DNA from: Desulfosoma sp.
GTDB lineage: Bacteria; Desulfobacterota; Syntrophobacteria; Syntrophobacterales; DSM-9756
DNA length: 64,000 bases
Assembly: GCA_037481835.1 (NCBI GenBank)
Contig: JBBFKW010000003.1
Span: 67,462 to 131,461, forward strand
Direction of reading: 5' to 3'
Both the position numbers and the translations under genes were made by a program. The notes beneath the pieces were generated by a model that searched no databases, was not told the DNA's origin, and saw nothing but the letters and a program-made list of their open reading frames with translations. Shown here in pieces: positions 17,414 through 26,843 of this stretch (within the stretch, counting starts at the first letter, position 1; the number at the start of each line of letters is the position of its first letter).

Positions 17414-19396
17414 CTACAAAGGAAGCACATGATAGCTGATGGGCATGAACAGACCGACGATGAGCCACGCGACGGCCATGACCATGTCTCCCACGATGAG
17501 GCCGATGAAGAGCCGTCGCACTTCCTTGAAGCTCTGGACGCCGCCGTAGCGCAGCACCAGGGTGTTGCACACCCATCCCACGAGAAAGCTGAACCACAAG
17601 ATGCGCAATGCCGAACTGTACGTGGTGAGGTATCCGATGGGATGCAAGGGCCACCACAGAAAGCGCCGATACCCGAAGACCAAAAGCGCCATGACCGCAG
17701 CCCCCACCCCGGCGAAAACCATGCTCCACTTCTTGGGCTCTTCGGGATAGCGAAGCAGCTGCGCCACACCTTCATGAACCCGCCGGCTCGTTTCCACGGC
17801 CCAGTCGTCCGGAAGCATGCTGATGCCGTATTGAAAGCTCATAACGAGCATGGCCGCACCCGAAACGATGACGCCCAAAACAATGGCGGCAAGAATGCCG
17901 AACAAAAAGCGCCGCCGCGTGCGGAGCCCCTCCGCCGCCTTGGACGCATGAAAAAGGGACGGCATCAAGGATTCCCGCACGTCCACGAACGCCACCTTTT
18001 GAATGACGAGCGCCATGGCCAGGGTCAGGGGCGCAAGGGTCTTCGTTGCCGTCATGGACAAAAAACCGTCGGACGGGGCGGCCGTAAGGGTGAAGTAGGG
18101 CAGGCCGCCCTGGCAGATAAGACGGGCGGTCACCACGTGGAGCATGAAGCAGACGCCGAGGAAAAACGCCGCCGCGACGGGATCCATGCCGAAGGAGATC
18201 ATCCACACGACGGCTCCCAGTCCTCCGCCGAGAAAAAGGACCATGGATGTCCTGGGATGCAGGAGGCTCTTGGGAGGCTCCTCTCCTGACGCATTCCGCC
18301 CGGTGAAGCTCACGAGCACTTCCTTCAGGTGGTACCGGGCGAGCCACACAATGAAGAAGAAAAACACGGCGAAGGCGCCGATCATCTGCATTTCTTCCAC
18401 CCGGGCGAGCACCGGGCCGAAGGTGGTCCCCAGGGCCGCCGACGGAAGCTTCCATCCCACGAGCTGCAGAAGTCCCGGCAGGAGGCCCCCCAGCAGGAAG
18501 AAAAACCACAGGCTGAAGGAGACCTGTTTGGACGTGAGGTACGCAAACCCGATGAAGGCGGGATAAAGGTAGATTTTGACCTTGGCGAAGCCCGAAAGGA
18601 GCCCTTCCCGCGGGATGTAGGGCTGTGCCAGAAACAAGACGGGAATCTGGGGCACCTGGGGGTAATAGGTATGCAGCCCGTTCAACAGATGAAGCAGTAC
18701 GGGGATGGAAAATCCGATGAGGAAAGTCTTTCGCGCGAAATAACGGCCAAGGGCCCCCTTTTCGGATTCTTGGCCGATTTCCATGGGCACCCGAAGGAGC
18801 GGGAAATTCATCTTTTCGTTTTCGATCCACTGGTGGCTGAAAAGCCCGGTGAGGCCCAAAAAGGCCGCGTACACGCAGACGATGAAAACACCCCACAGGC
18901 TCAGGGGCGCGACCCAAATGGACCACGGAATCCGCGAGAGGACTTCGTACCAGGCGAGGTTCCGACCGCCTTCCAAACCACGGTACAGAAGCTGCACCGT
19001 TTCGGTGTCCTTGGGAAAGAGCCCGTCGGGCAGGAGCTCAAGGAGAGCCTTGCCTGCCGGGTGGCCCGTGGCCGTAAGCCAGGCCGGCGTGGAGATGTTG
19101 ATGAGAAACGTGCGGAAAAGGCCCGTATAAGCGATTCCCGTGGACACGGTGACCATGGCCCACAGGAGTAGAAGTTCATGGGCGGCCAAGGCGGCTCGAG
19201 GACTGATTTTTCGGGCCACGGGGTTGTACAGCACGGCGAAAAGCAGCAGCACGGCGAAAGAGGTCAGGGGGAAATGTCCGCCCGCAAGGGGGCTGTTTTG
19301 AAGCCGCACGTTGTTGTACGGAGTCAGCGCGCAGAAGAGAACCGACAGGAGAATGCCGACTCCCACAACGCCCCAGCGCAGTTTTCGTCCATGCAT
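17414..19396 (-). CDS. Polytopic membrane protein (DUF6785-like, OPT-related)
   Basis: 660 aa, many TM segments, WIENEKMNFPL and WWPLHPIGY motifs. Confidence 0.75.
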   Translation of the reverse strand: MHGRKLRWGVVGVGILLSVLFCALTPYNNVRLQNSPLAGGHFPLTSFAVLLLFAVLYNPVARKISPRAALAAHELLLLWAMVTVSTGIAYTGLFRTFLINISTPAWLTATGHPAGKALLELLPDGLFPKDTETVQLLYRGLEGGRNLAWYEVLSRIPWSIWVAPLSLWGVFIVCVYAAFLGLTGLFSHQWIENEKMNFPLLRVPMEIGQESEKGALGRYFARKTFLIGFSIPVLLHLLNGLHTYYPQVPQIPVLFLAQPYIPREGLLSGFAKVKIYLYPAFIGFAYLTSKQVSFSLWFFFLLGGLLPGLLQLVGWKLPSAALGTTFGPVLARVEEMQMIGAFAVFFFFIVWLARYHLKEVLVSFTGRNASGEEPPKSLLHPRTSMVLFLGGGLGAVVWMISFGMDPVAAAFFLGVCFMLHVVTARLICQGGLPYFTLTAAPSDGFLSMTATKTLAPLTLAMALVIQKVAFVDVRESLMPSLFHASKAAEGLRTRRRFLFGILAAIVLGVIVSGAAMLVMSFQYGISMLPDDWAVETSRRVHEGVAQLLRYPEEPKKWSMVFAGVGAAVMALLVFGYRRFLWWPLHPIGYLTTYSSALRILWFSFLVGWVCNTLVLRYGGVQSFKEVRRLFIGLIVGDMVMAVAWLIVGLFMPISYHVLPL

Positions 19397-19399
19397 GGC

Positions 19400-22300
19400 C
19401 TATCCTTGCCCTGTGAAGGAAGCCGGCACGGGAGCGGGTGCCGCTTCGGGGCCGAGGGGTGCGGCCCAGCGGGTGTAAAGGGCCTTGGTGTTCGCGTCCA
19501 GGAGCCGCCACAAAAGCATCTGCTTGCGCATGACCTTGATGAAATTGCGGTTGGCGCGCTGCCATGCCGTGCGTTCCCCGGAAAGGCGGATCATCTGCAG
19601 CGCCACTTCCATGTAGCCGGGATCGTCCGCCGACGGGCAGCAGTGCAGATGGAGCCTCTGCTTGATGCCGAAATCGAAGGGGGCCAGCCACACGTTGGCG
19701 TAGAGCCACATGCAGACCGGTTCGGGAAGGTGCGTGCCGTCGCTTTCCGGGGCGGCCGGGGCGAGGTGCACGTCGTCCACGATGAAGGGCCCTTGAGCCA
19801 CATCCTGGTGATCCCGGATGAAAGCGCTCAGAAAGGCCATGATCCCCGGTTCTTCTTCGGGCTTGAGAAGGAAGGGCAGATGGAGTTCCAGGAGATCCCC
19901 TTGGGCCTTGGGCACGGTCCAGGTGCGGGTCACATCGGGCATGGCCAAGGCGGCGGCCACGCGCGCCGGATACAAGGACGCCAAGAGCACCACGGAAAAG
20001 ACGAGGACCATGCACGCCACGCTGGCCAGGGAGGAGTAGTTGAAGGTAAGTTCGGAAAAGAGCTGGGTTTTTCCCAAGAAGTGGGCTGTGAGCTGGGCGA
20101 GGATGTAGCCGATGACCGTGGAAAGGACCGCTAGGGAGAGGGCTTCCACGATGAACAAGAATCCCACGTGGTTGGGGGCGAGGCCTACGGAGGTGTAGAC
20201 GCCGATTTCCGATTTGCGCTCATGAACATGGCCGATCATGGTGTTTAGGCAGATGAAAACCACGATGAGCATGGGCACGAGCAGATTGGCCACTCCTTGG
20301 TAGCGCAGGGTCTTGGCCGCCGAATGAAAATACGTGACGTCGGCTCCGACGTAGAGGGGGTAGGTGAGCCTGCGGGAAAGGTCGTCGGCGATGTCCAAGG
20401 CCGTTTCGGACGTGTCGGTAATGAGCGCGACCGCCCGCAACGTGCCTCCCAAGGAAAGGCACGTGTGGTGCGGAATCAGAACGACGGCATCGCCCGCCGC
20501 CGAGCGGAACCGTTCGACCATGGGCCCGACGGCCTCCCCGGCTTGCATGGCTTCCGCTTCGGCCTCGGAAAGGTCTTCGTCCGGGGAAATTTCTAAGTAA
20601 GCGGGTTTGACGGAGGTGCCGTCCAGGTCGGTAAAAGTTTCCAGGTGGTTCGGATCGAAAAAACCGATGACGGTCAAGGGGACTTCCCACAAATGGACGA
20701 CCGCCCCCACGTCCCGGGTGGGCTCCAGACCCAGCTTTCGTGCCAAACTCGTGGGAAGGAGCACCGCCCGGCCGTCTTCTTCGGTGAACCACCGGCCCGC
20801 TGTGACGATCTTTTTCAGGGCCTCTGGCGCATGGGGGCCGACCCCGAGGACCCCTTCCACGGGGACCACCTCGTTACGGGCGGCGACGGATGCGACGGCC
20901 CGAAGGGATGGATGAGAGGGGTCGATCCAGGAACGGGGCCACAGCACGGCCCGATTCCCGTAGCGTGCCGCAAGACTTTCCAAGGAGACGGACGTCAGAG
21001 GCCTCCACAGATGATGGTGCAGAAGCACCCCCACGTAGGCCGGGGTTTCCCCTACCCGGGTCATGGTCGTCTTCGTTAGGCTCCGGACGTTGGTAAACGA
21101 CATGATGGTGAAGGTGAGGATGATCAGGGTCACCGAAGTGAGTGCCGTGCGAAGGCGCCTTCGATTCAGGTTGGAGGCTCCGATGGCGAACCCGGCCCCG
21201 AAGGCCTGCCACTTGTTGACACTTTCCTTGGCCGCCGCCGGAGAGCCGCCGCCCGCCGACGTCCCTCCCATTTCTTGTTCGAATCGCATGAAGAGGATCC
21301 AGGATACCAAGACGCTCAGCGCCACGATAAAAAAGGCGATGATGACCACCATGGGGTTGTAGGTCAGGCGGAAAGCCGGGTGCAGGGCGCGGATGGTGAG
21401 GATGGTGGCGATGAGAAGCAGGAAAAAGGCCGTGATCTGCTTGTAGATGTTTCGAAAGCAGAAGAGATAGCGTTCCAGGCAGTAAGCGAAAGGCACAAAG
21501 AGGGCGATGAAGAACATGACCCCGCCCAAGACGTCCCTTTGGGTGTTTTCGATTTCGTTGTAGACGGAATTGAGTTTGGCCCAGGCGGACACGGTCCTGT
21601 CCCAGGCGAGGCTGTGGCGCAGGGCGGTTTCATCCTCGCGCGCCCGCTCCCGCTCTTCCAAGGCGTCCCGGTACAGGTTTTCCAAATAGCGGTTACTGAT
21701 GCCATGGGCGATGAGATTTTTCAGGCGCTCGCCCACCAAGTGGACCAGATCTTCCACGACCCGCTCAGGGGTTCGCGTGATCACGGAAGGCTCCCCGATA
21801 GCGTAGCCCAAGCCCATGGGGTTTTCGGCATCGCCTTTGATGAGCAGGAATTCCTTGCGCAGCAGCGTGTCGGAAAGGATGACCTTGAATCGGGCGCCCC
21901 TTTCCAAAAACAGGGACACGGCGAAAGTGTCCCGGCCGTCCACGCGGCTGTACCAATACCGCAATGGACGCGCTCCCGTAACCCCGTCCAACACGGTGAT
22001 CTTGGTCAGGTAATCCAGGCGCTGGGGGTCCAAGACGCCCACGATGTCCGTCTGCCGGCAGGGAAACATGACCAGCGTCGTGGAAGCGATGCGCCCCTTG
22101 ATGTTCAGGCGGTAACTATCCTTGGAGGTCTGCACCTTGTCGGCGACCCAGCGGATCTTTCCCGTTTCGGGATCGACCCCATAGGGTTCCAGGATGAGCT
22201 TTTGGAAGGCGACCCGCTTGTTGGCCACCGCCGGGATGAAAAAGGAGCCGTCGCGAAAGGTCATGGCCCGAACGAGGGAATTGCCTTGCAAAGCGCAGAC

Positions 22301-24184
22301 AATGGTTCCCGGAGCCGGCTTGTCCGGGAAGAGTTCCCCTTGCCGGATGAACATGGCGCGGCCTTCCACCGACGCCAGGCCTTCAAAGCCCATCCGGCAG
22401 CTTTCCTTGAGTTTGGGATGGCCGAGGACCTTGGCCAAAATGGCGGGGAAGGCGTCTTGGTAGGCTCTGACGCCGTCCCAATCCATCCGGGTCTTGACGT
22501 CTTCGGGCGTTTCCCAGAGGGTGCGCCGGTTGTTGGCCCCGGTGAGGGCGAAAGACGGACAGCCGGTCAAGGCGCCGATATCGCACGCCATGCAGTGGGG
22601 CCCTTGGCTTTCCACGGCGCGGGGTGCCGTGTCCGCACCATGGCGGGCCGTTTTTTCAAAAAGAGGGGCCCGTCCCGTGTGCCGGGCCACCTCTTCCGCC
22701 GCCTGGCGGAAAAAATCGGCCAGAGCCACATTGCGAACGAGCCGGTACACCTGCTCGCGCAAGGGAAAGGTGCCACCCCATTCGCTGAGGGTGACCCAGC
22801 GGGAGTGGGACGACAGGGACAGGCCGATGTGGAGCACCCTTTCGAAATCGTCCGCCAGGGAGCGCAAATCCCCCCACGATTTGACGGCCTTCAGCCGGGC
22901 TTGGGTTTCCGCGCGTTCCTTTTGCAGGTCTCCGAGCCCCGAGCGGATGAGATCCACGGCCAAAGCGCGTTCCTCCGGCCCCAGTTCCTCGGGCGATTCC
23001 TTCCAGCTTAGGCGCCGATACACCAGCGCCTGCGCCGCCAGGGCCTTTTCATGGGGGGCCTCGCGGCTCAAACGATCCGCTTCGTCCTTGGCCCGTTCCA
23101 CGACATGGGACCACACTCGGGACAGGGCGCGTGGATCCTCGGGGTCGGGCTGCATGGGGTCGGGTCGGGAAAGGAGCCCGAGGAGTTCCTGCAGGTCTTT
23201 TTGTCTGTCCGAAAGGGTGCGCTGTTCTTGCCGGAGGGTGCGCCGAGGTGCTTCCAAAGCCCACAGGAAATGGCGCGTGCCCGAAAGGCCCTGGCCGTGG
23301 CCGGATACCGCCGCAAGAAGAACGCTTCGCGCCGGCGGATCGGCCGCCAGGACCTCGGCCAGATGGACCAGCACGGCCGCCGAAAGAGCCTGGTCGGCGC
23401 CCGGAGCCAACCCGACCACGTGGGATGCCGCATCGTATGGCGCTTCGATAATGACGAGTTCTTTGGCGAGATCCGGCGAGGATCCCGGAATCAGCCCGTA
23501 GACGTTGTGCGCCGTTCGGTGTTCCCAGTGGCTGCGAACGTATGCGTGCGCCCGCGCGTTTCGGGATGCGGCCCGGCGCAGGGCCGCGCCCACTTCGGGC
23601 GGAACGTAAAACCTCGGAAAATCCAAAGGGGTCGGGATGTCCTTCACGGCGAAGTCGTCCCGGCTGTCTTCCGCCCCGCCGAGGAAGATGACGGCCTTGG
23701 CCCCCATCTGGGCGGCGAACCACCAGTTTTCCCCGGAAGAGACGTCCATGAGCACGAGAGCGTCTTGGATGGTGTGCCCGTCGAATCGGTGCAACGCCCC
23801 GTCCCCGACGTCCACCAAGGGACCTTCAAGGCCCGAAGGCGGCGTTTGAGACAGCATGGCCATGTTGGGAGCCCAGGGAAAGAGGGGGTAGGTTTCCGAT
23901 CCCACGGTGATCCTCCCCTCGTCCAAAACGGGAACGGGCACAAAGAAAGCCTGGCGGCCGACGGGTTTGAGGCCCGCACGTTCAAAGGCTTGGGCGATGT
24001 AGTCGGCGGCGGCCTCGCAGCCCGGAGATCCTGTGGAACGGTCGGTGGTTTGGGTGAGGGCTTCCAGGTGGCGAAAGAGGGGGTCTTCCGCCCGGGCGAC
24101 GGCGCATGCGGAAAAAACGCCCATGAGGACGGCGAGAAGGACGGCGGAAACCCGAAATGTGCGGCGTCGTGCCTTCATGTTCAC
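19400..24184 (-). CDS. 1594-aa protein: signal peptide, PA-inserted M28-peptidase-like domain, TM block, MacB-like periplasmic domain, FtsX-type permease
   Basis: N-terminal signal (ARA|ED), DRSTGSPG, HNVYGLIPG, APGAD; LNRRRLRTALT and ERKSEIGVYTSVGLAP FtsX motifs. Confidence 0.85.
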   Translation of the reverse strand: MNMKARRRTFRVSAVLLAVLMGVFSACAVARAEDPLFRHLEALTQTTDRSTGSPGCEAAADYIAQAFERAGLKPVGRQAFFVPVPVLDEGRITVGSETYPLFPWAPNMAMLSQTPPSGLEGPLVDVGDGALHRFDGHTIQDALVLMDVSSGENWWFAAQMGAKAVIFLGGAEDSRDDFAVKDIPTPLDFPRFYVPPEVGAALRRAASRNARAHAYVRSHWEHRTAHNVYGLIPGSSPDLAKELVIIEAPYDAASHVVGLAPGADQALSAAVLVHLAEVLAADPPARSVLLAAVSGHGQGLSGTRHFLWALEAPRRTLRQEQRTLSDRQKDLQELLGLLSRPDPMQPDPEDPRALSRVWSHVVERAKDEADRLSREAPHEKALAAQALVYRRLSWKESPEELGPEERALAVDLIRSGLGDLQKERAETQARLKAVKSWGDLRSLADDFERVLHIGLSLSSHSRWVTLSEWGGTFPLREQVYRLVRNVALADFFRQAAEEVARHTGRAPLFEKTARHGADTAPRAVESQGPHCMACDIGALTGCPSFALTGANNRRTLWETPEDVKTRMDWDGVRAYQDAFPAILAKVLGHPKLKESCRMGFEGLASVEGRAMFIRQGELFPDKPAPGTIVCALQGNSLVRAMTFRDGSFFIPAVANKRVAFQKLILEPYGVDPETGKIRWVADKVQTSKDSYRLNIKGRIASTTLVMFPCRQTDIVGVLDPQRLDYLTKITVLDGVTGARPLRYWYSRVDGRDTFAVSLFLERGARFKVILSDTLLRKEFLLIKGDAENPMGLGYAIGEPSVITRTPERVVEDLVHLVGERLKNLIAHGISNRYLENLYRDALEERERAREDETALRHSLAWDRTVSAWAKLNSVYNEIENTQRDVLGGVMFFIALFVPFAYCLERYLFCFRNIYKQITAFFLLLIATILTIRALHPAFRLTYNPMVVIIAFFIVALSVLVSWILFMRFEQEMGGTSAGGGSPAAAKESVNKWQAFGAGFAIGASNLNRRRLRTALTSVTLIILTFTIMSFTNVRSLTKTTMTRVGETPAYVGVLLHHHLWRPLTSVSLESLAARYGNRAVLWPRSWIDPSHPSLRAVASVAARNEVVPVEGVLGVGPHAPEALKKIVTAGRWFTEEDGRAVLLPTSLARKLGLEPTRDVGAVVHLWEVPLTVIGFFDPNHLETFTDLDGTSVKPAYLEISPDEDLSEAEAEAMQAGEAVGPMVERFRSAAGDAVVLIPHHTCLSLGGTLRAVALITDTSETALDIADDLSRRLTYPLYVGADVTYFHSAAKTLRYQGVANLLVPMLIVVFICLNTMIGHVHERKSEIGVYTSVGLAPNHVGFLFIVEALSLAVLSTVIGYILAQLTAHFLGKTQLFSELTFNYSSLASVACMVLVFSVVLLASLYPARVAAALAMPDVTRTWTVPKAQGDLLELHLPFLLKPEEEPGIMAFLSAFIRDHQDVAQGPFIVDDVHLAPAAPESDGTHLPEPVCMWLYANVWLAPFDFGIKQRLHLHCCPSADDPGYMEVALQMIRLSGERTAWQRANRNFIKVMRKQMLLWRLLDANTKALYTRWAAPLGPEAAPAPVPASFTGQG

Positions 24185-24265
24185 CCGGAGAATGTCTTTG
24201 TGCCCTCTTCACAAGGGCTTTGATTTACGGGCTGAGGGCCGAAACCCGCTCTGCGGCGATAAGCC

Positions 24266-25000
24266 CTAAAGGACCTGGCCTATGGAAACCTGGAGCTTTT
24301 CCCGATCCTCGATGCGGTCGATGCGGCCGTCCCGAATCCAGACGACGCGGTCCGACACGTTGATCATCTTGATGTCGTGTGTGGCCGAAATGATCGTAAC
24401 ACCCCGCTCTTGGGACAGTTCCTTGAGAAGCGAAATGATTTCTTCCCCGGTGCTCAAATCCAGGTTTCCCGTGGGTTCGTCGGCCAGGATGATGGCCGGA
24501 TCGTTGGCCAGGGCCCGGGCGACAGCCACCCGCTGCTGCTGGCCGCCGGAAAGTTCGGCCGGCTTGTGCTGAAAGCGCTCCGCCAGTCCCACGAGCCTGA
24601 GCAGTTCCATGCCCTTGTCCATGTACTCGTCGCGGCCCATGCCGGCGAAGATCATGGGCAGCGTCACGTTTTCGATGGCGGTCATGACCTGAATGAGGTT
24701 GAAGGTCTGGAAGATGTAGCCGATCTTTCGGCACCGAAGCCATGCCAATTCATAGGCGTCCAGTTGGGCCACGTCCACTTCGTCAATGAAGACGCGGCCG
24801 GAGGTGGGCTTGTCCAGAGCGCCGATCATGTTAAACAAAGTGGATTTTCCCGATCCGGACGGGCCCATGATGGACATGTATTCGCCAGCCTTGATTTCCA
24901 AGGTCACCCCGCGGAGGGCATGGACCTCTTCCTGCCCCATGCGGAAGACCTTGGTCACGTCCACCAGCCGAACCACATTGTGCGCGCCGTTTCCGCTCAT
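24266..25000 (-). CDS. ABC transporter ATP-binding protein (LolD/MacB type)
   Basis: GPSGSGKST, LSGGQQQRVAVARAL, LADEPTGNLD, ATHD. Confidence 0.95.
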   Translation of the reverse strand: MSGNGAHNVVRLVDVTKVFRMGQEEVHALRGVTLEIKAGEYMSIMGPSGSGKSTLFNMIGALDKPTSGRVFIDEVDVAQLDAYELAWLRCRKIGYIFQTFNLIQVMTAIENVTLPMIFAGMGRDEYMDKGMELLRLVGLAERFQHKPAELSGGQQQRVAVARALANDPAIILADEPTGNLDLSTGEEIISLLKELSQERGVTIISATHDIKMINVSDRVVWIRDGRIDRIEDREKLQVSIGQVL

Positions 25001-25005
25001 AGGGG

Positions 25006-25662
25006 CTAAGGCTCCGATCTCAAGGCGATGGCCGGTTGCATCCGAGCCGCAACCCAGGCCGGGTACATGACGCCGATGAGGCTTAGGGCGACCGCCAGGG
25101 CCGACGATTTAACCAGCAGGGCGCCGAGGCCGATCGCCGGAAGGTGGGTGATAATGGGGGCGCCGAAGCGCGCCCACAGGGTCACGACGGCCGTACCCAC
25201 TCCCAAGACGCTTCCTGCCGCACCGCCCAGGACGCCCTGATAGGCGGCCTCCAACACGAAGAGCTTGATGACGAAACTGTCCAAGGCGCCCAAGCATTTC
25301 AAAGTGCCGATTTCCCGGAAACGCTCCGTTACGGCCATGAGCTGGGCGTTGACGATGCCGACGGCGCAGACCAGCAGGGAAAGCACCACGAGCCATCGGT
25401 CCTTGGCTGTGCTGCCGAAGTGGCCGTCCTGGGGAGTAAAGCCGGCCGAAAGGATCTTGTCCTGCAAAGCGGGCTCGGCCGCCGGCCACACCCCTTCCAG
25501 GACGGCATAAACGGCGAAGGTGTAGGAAAGAAAGGCGACGGCGAGGACGAGCGTGCTCGTTGTGATCATGGAGCGAAAGAAGCGCGCCCGCAGGGCGTTG
25601 AAGGAAATGCGGATCACCTGGGACCATGGGAGGACGATCTGTCGGTCGATGCTCTTGGCCAT
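25006..25662 (-). CDS. Small FtsX-like ABC permease
   Basis: Four TM segments; VTERFREIGTLKCLGA; YPAWVAARMQP. Confidence 0.85.
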   Translation of the reverse strand: MAKSIDRQIVLPWSQVIRISFNALRARFFRSMITTSTLVLAVAFLSYTFAVYAVLEGVWPAAEPALQDKILSAGFTPQDGHFGSTAKDRWLVVLSLLVCAVGIVNAQLMAVTERFREIGTLKCLGALDSFVIKLFVLEAAYQGVLGGAAGSVLGVGTAVVTLWARFGAPIITHLPAIGLGALLVKSSALAVALSLIGVMYPAWVAARMQPAIALRSEP

Positions 25663-25718
25663 TTATCCGTCACTCGCGGGGCTGCGGACCAAGGACGAAG
25701 AAACCCGTGGCCTTTTCT

Positions 25719-26843
25719 TTAAGCTCTCGAGGCGAAGTTTTCAATGGCCCGAACCGTCTCAAGGGCTCCTTCGGTGCGAAGCGGCTGAACCGAAGGCCGC
25801 GGGGAAGACAAGGTCTCTTGGATTTGGGCGGCGAGCCTTTCGGGCTCCAAGGACCGAATGACGCGGAGCACCCCCCGGGATTCCAGCCGGTCGGCCCGAA
25901 GGGCCTGTTCCCGGTTTTGGGGAAAGGGGTACACGAGGGCGGTGACGCCCGAAGCCAGGATGTCCATGCAGGTGTTGTAGCCTGCCATGCTGAGAGACAG
26001 CTCGGCCTGGGCCAATTCCTTCAAGAACTCATGGGAAAAGGGGCGCCACACAATGCGGGGATCGGCTGCGGCACTCTCCTTCAGCGCCTCTCGGTCTTGA
26101 GGTTCCATGAACGGGCCTTCGTGGACCTGCAGGCGCATGTGGGGGTCCCCAAGCCTGGAGAAGGCGTGGAAGACGGCCTCGATAAAATCGATGCCGACCC
26201 TGCCGCCTCCCGTGCTGAGAACGATCCGCCCCCGGACTTTTGGGGGTGAGGGATTCGGCAGGGACCGGGTCACGTAGCCCGTGTAATGCACCGGAGGGCG
26301 GATGTCGGCGATGCGCCGGAAGGTTTCGTCGAGTCGCACGCAGGCCGGGTCGGCGTGGACCAGGATGAGGTCGAAATATCGGTTGACCAGCGAGAGCACC
26401 TTTTCTTCGTAGGCTTCCGGGTCGGCCTTTTCCACCAAGATGTCCCGAAGACTGCAGACCACGAGGGCTCGATGAGTGGAAGCTGCGTTTTTCTCGAGCA
26501 GGGGGATGAGCTCGAACTGGAAGCGTTTTCGGCCGAACGGGAAAAGTTCGATGAGGAGCACATCCGGCCTCACGGACTTCCAGAGGTCGACAAGGATCCC
26601 CGTGCGCCGTGCCTGGACCTGCCGGATGTCGCCTGCGGCCGTCTCCAGGTTTCGGAACTCGGGATCCATCCGCAAGGGGGGCAGGGCGATGCGCCGCACG
26701 TGGGCCGGGGCACGAAACCCGGGCAGAGGGTCGCCGCCTTCCACGAAAAAGACCGAGTGCCGGGAAAAAGCCGCGGCGATTTCCATGCTTCGAAGGAAAT
26801 GCCCGATACCGAGCACATACTGGCAGTAGTGAAGGATCTTCAT
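25719..26843 (-). CDS. GT-B fold glycosyltransferase (GT28 C-terminal / COG4671-like)
   Basis: MKILHYCQYVLGIGHFLRS, ELFPFGR, SLRDILV, TGGGRVG, SMAGYNT; ATGA overlap with the upstream gene. Confidence 0.85.
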   Translation of the reverse strand: MKILHYCQYVLGIGHFLRSMEIAAAFSRHSVFFVEGGDPLPGFRAPAHVRRIALPPLRMDPEFRNLETAAGDIRQVQARRTGILVDLWKSVRPDVLLIELFPFGRKRFQFELIPLLEKNAASTHRALVVCSLRDILVEKADPEAYEEKVLSLVNRYFDLILVHADPACVRLDETFRRIADIRPPVHYTGYVTRSLPNPSPPKVRGRIVLSTGGGRVGIDFIEAVFHAFSRLGDPHMRLQVHEGPFMEPQDREALKESAAADPRIVWRPFSHEFLKELAQAELSLSMAGYNTCMDILASGVTALVYPFPQNREQALRADRLESRGVLRVIRSLEPERLAAQIQETLSSPRPSVQPLRTEGALETVRAIENFASRA

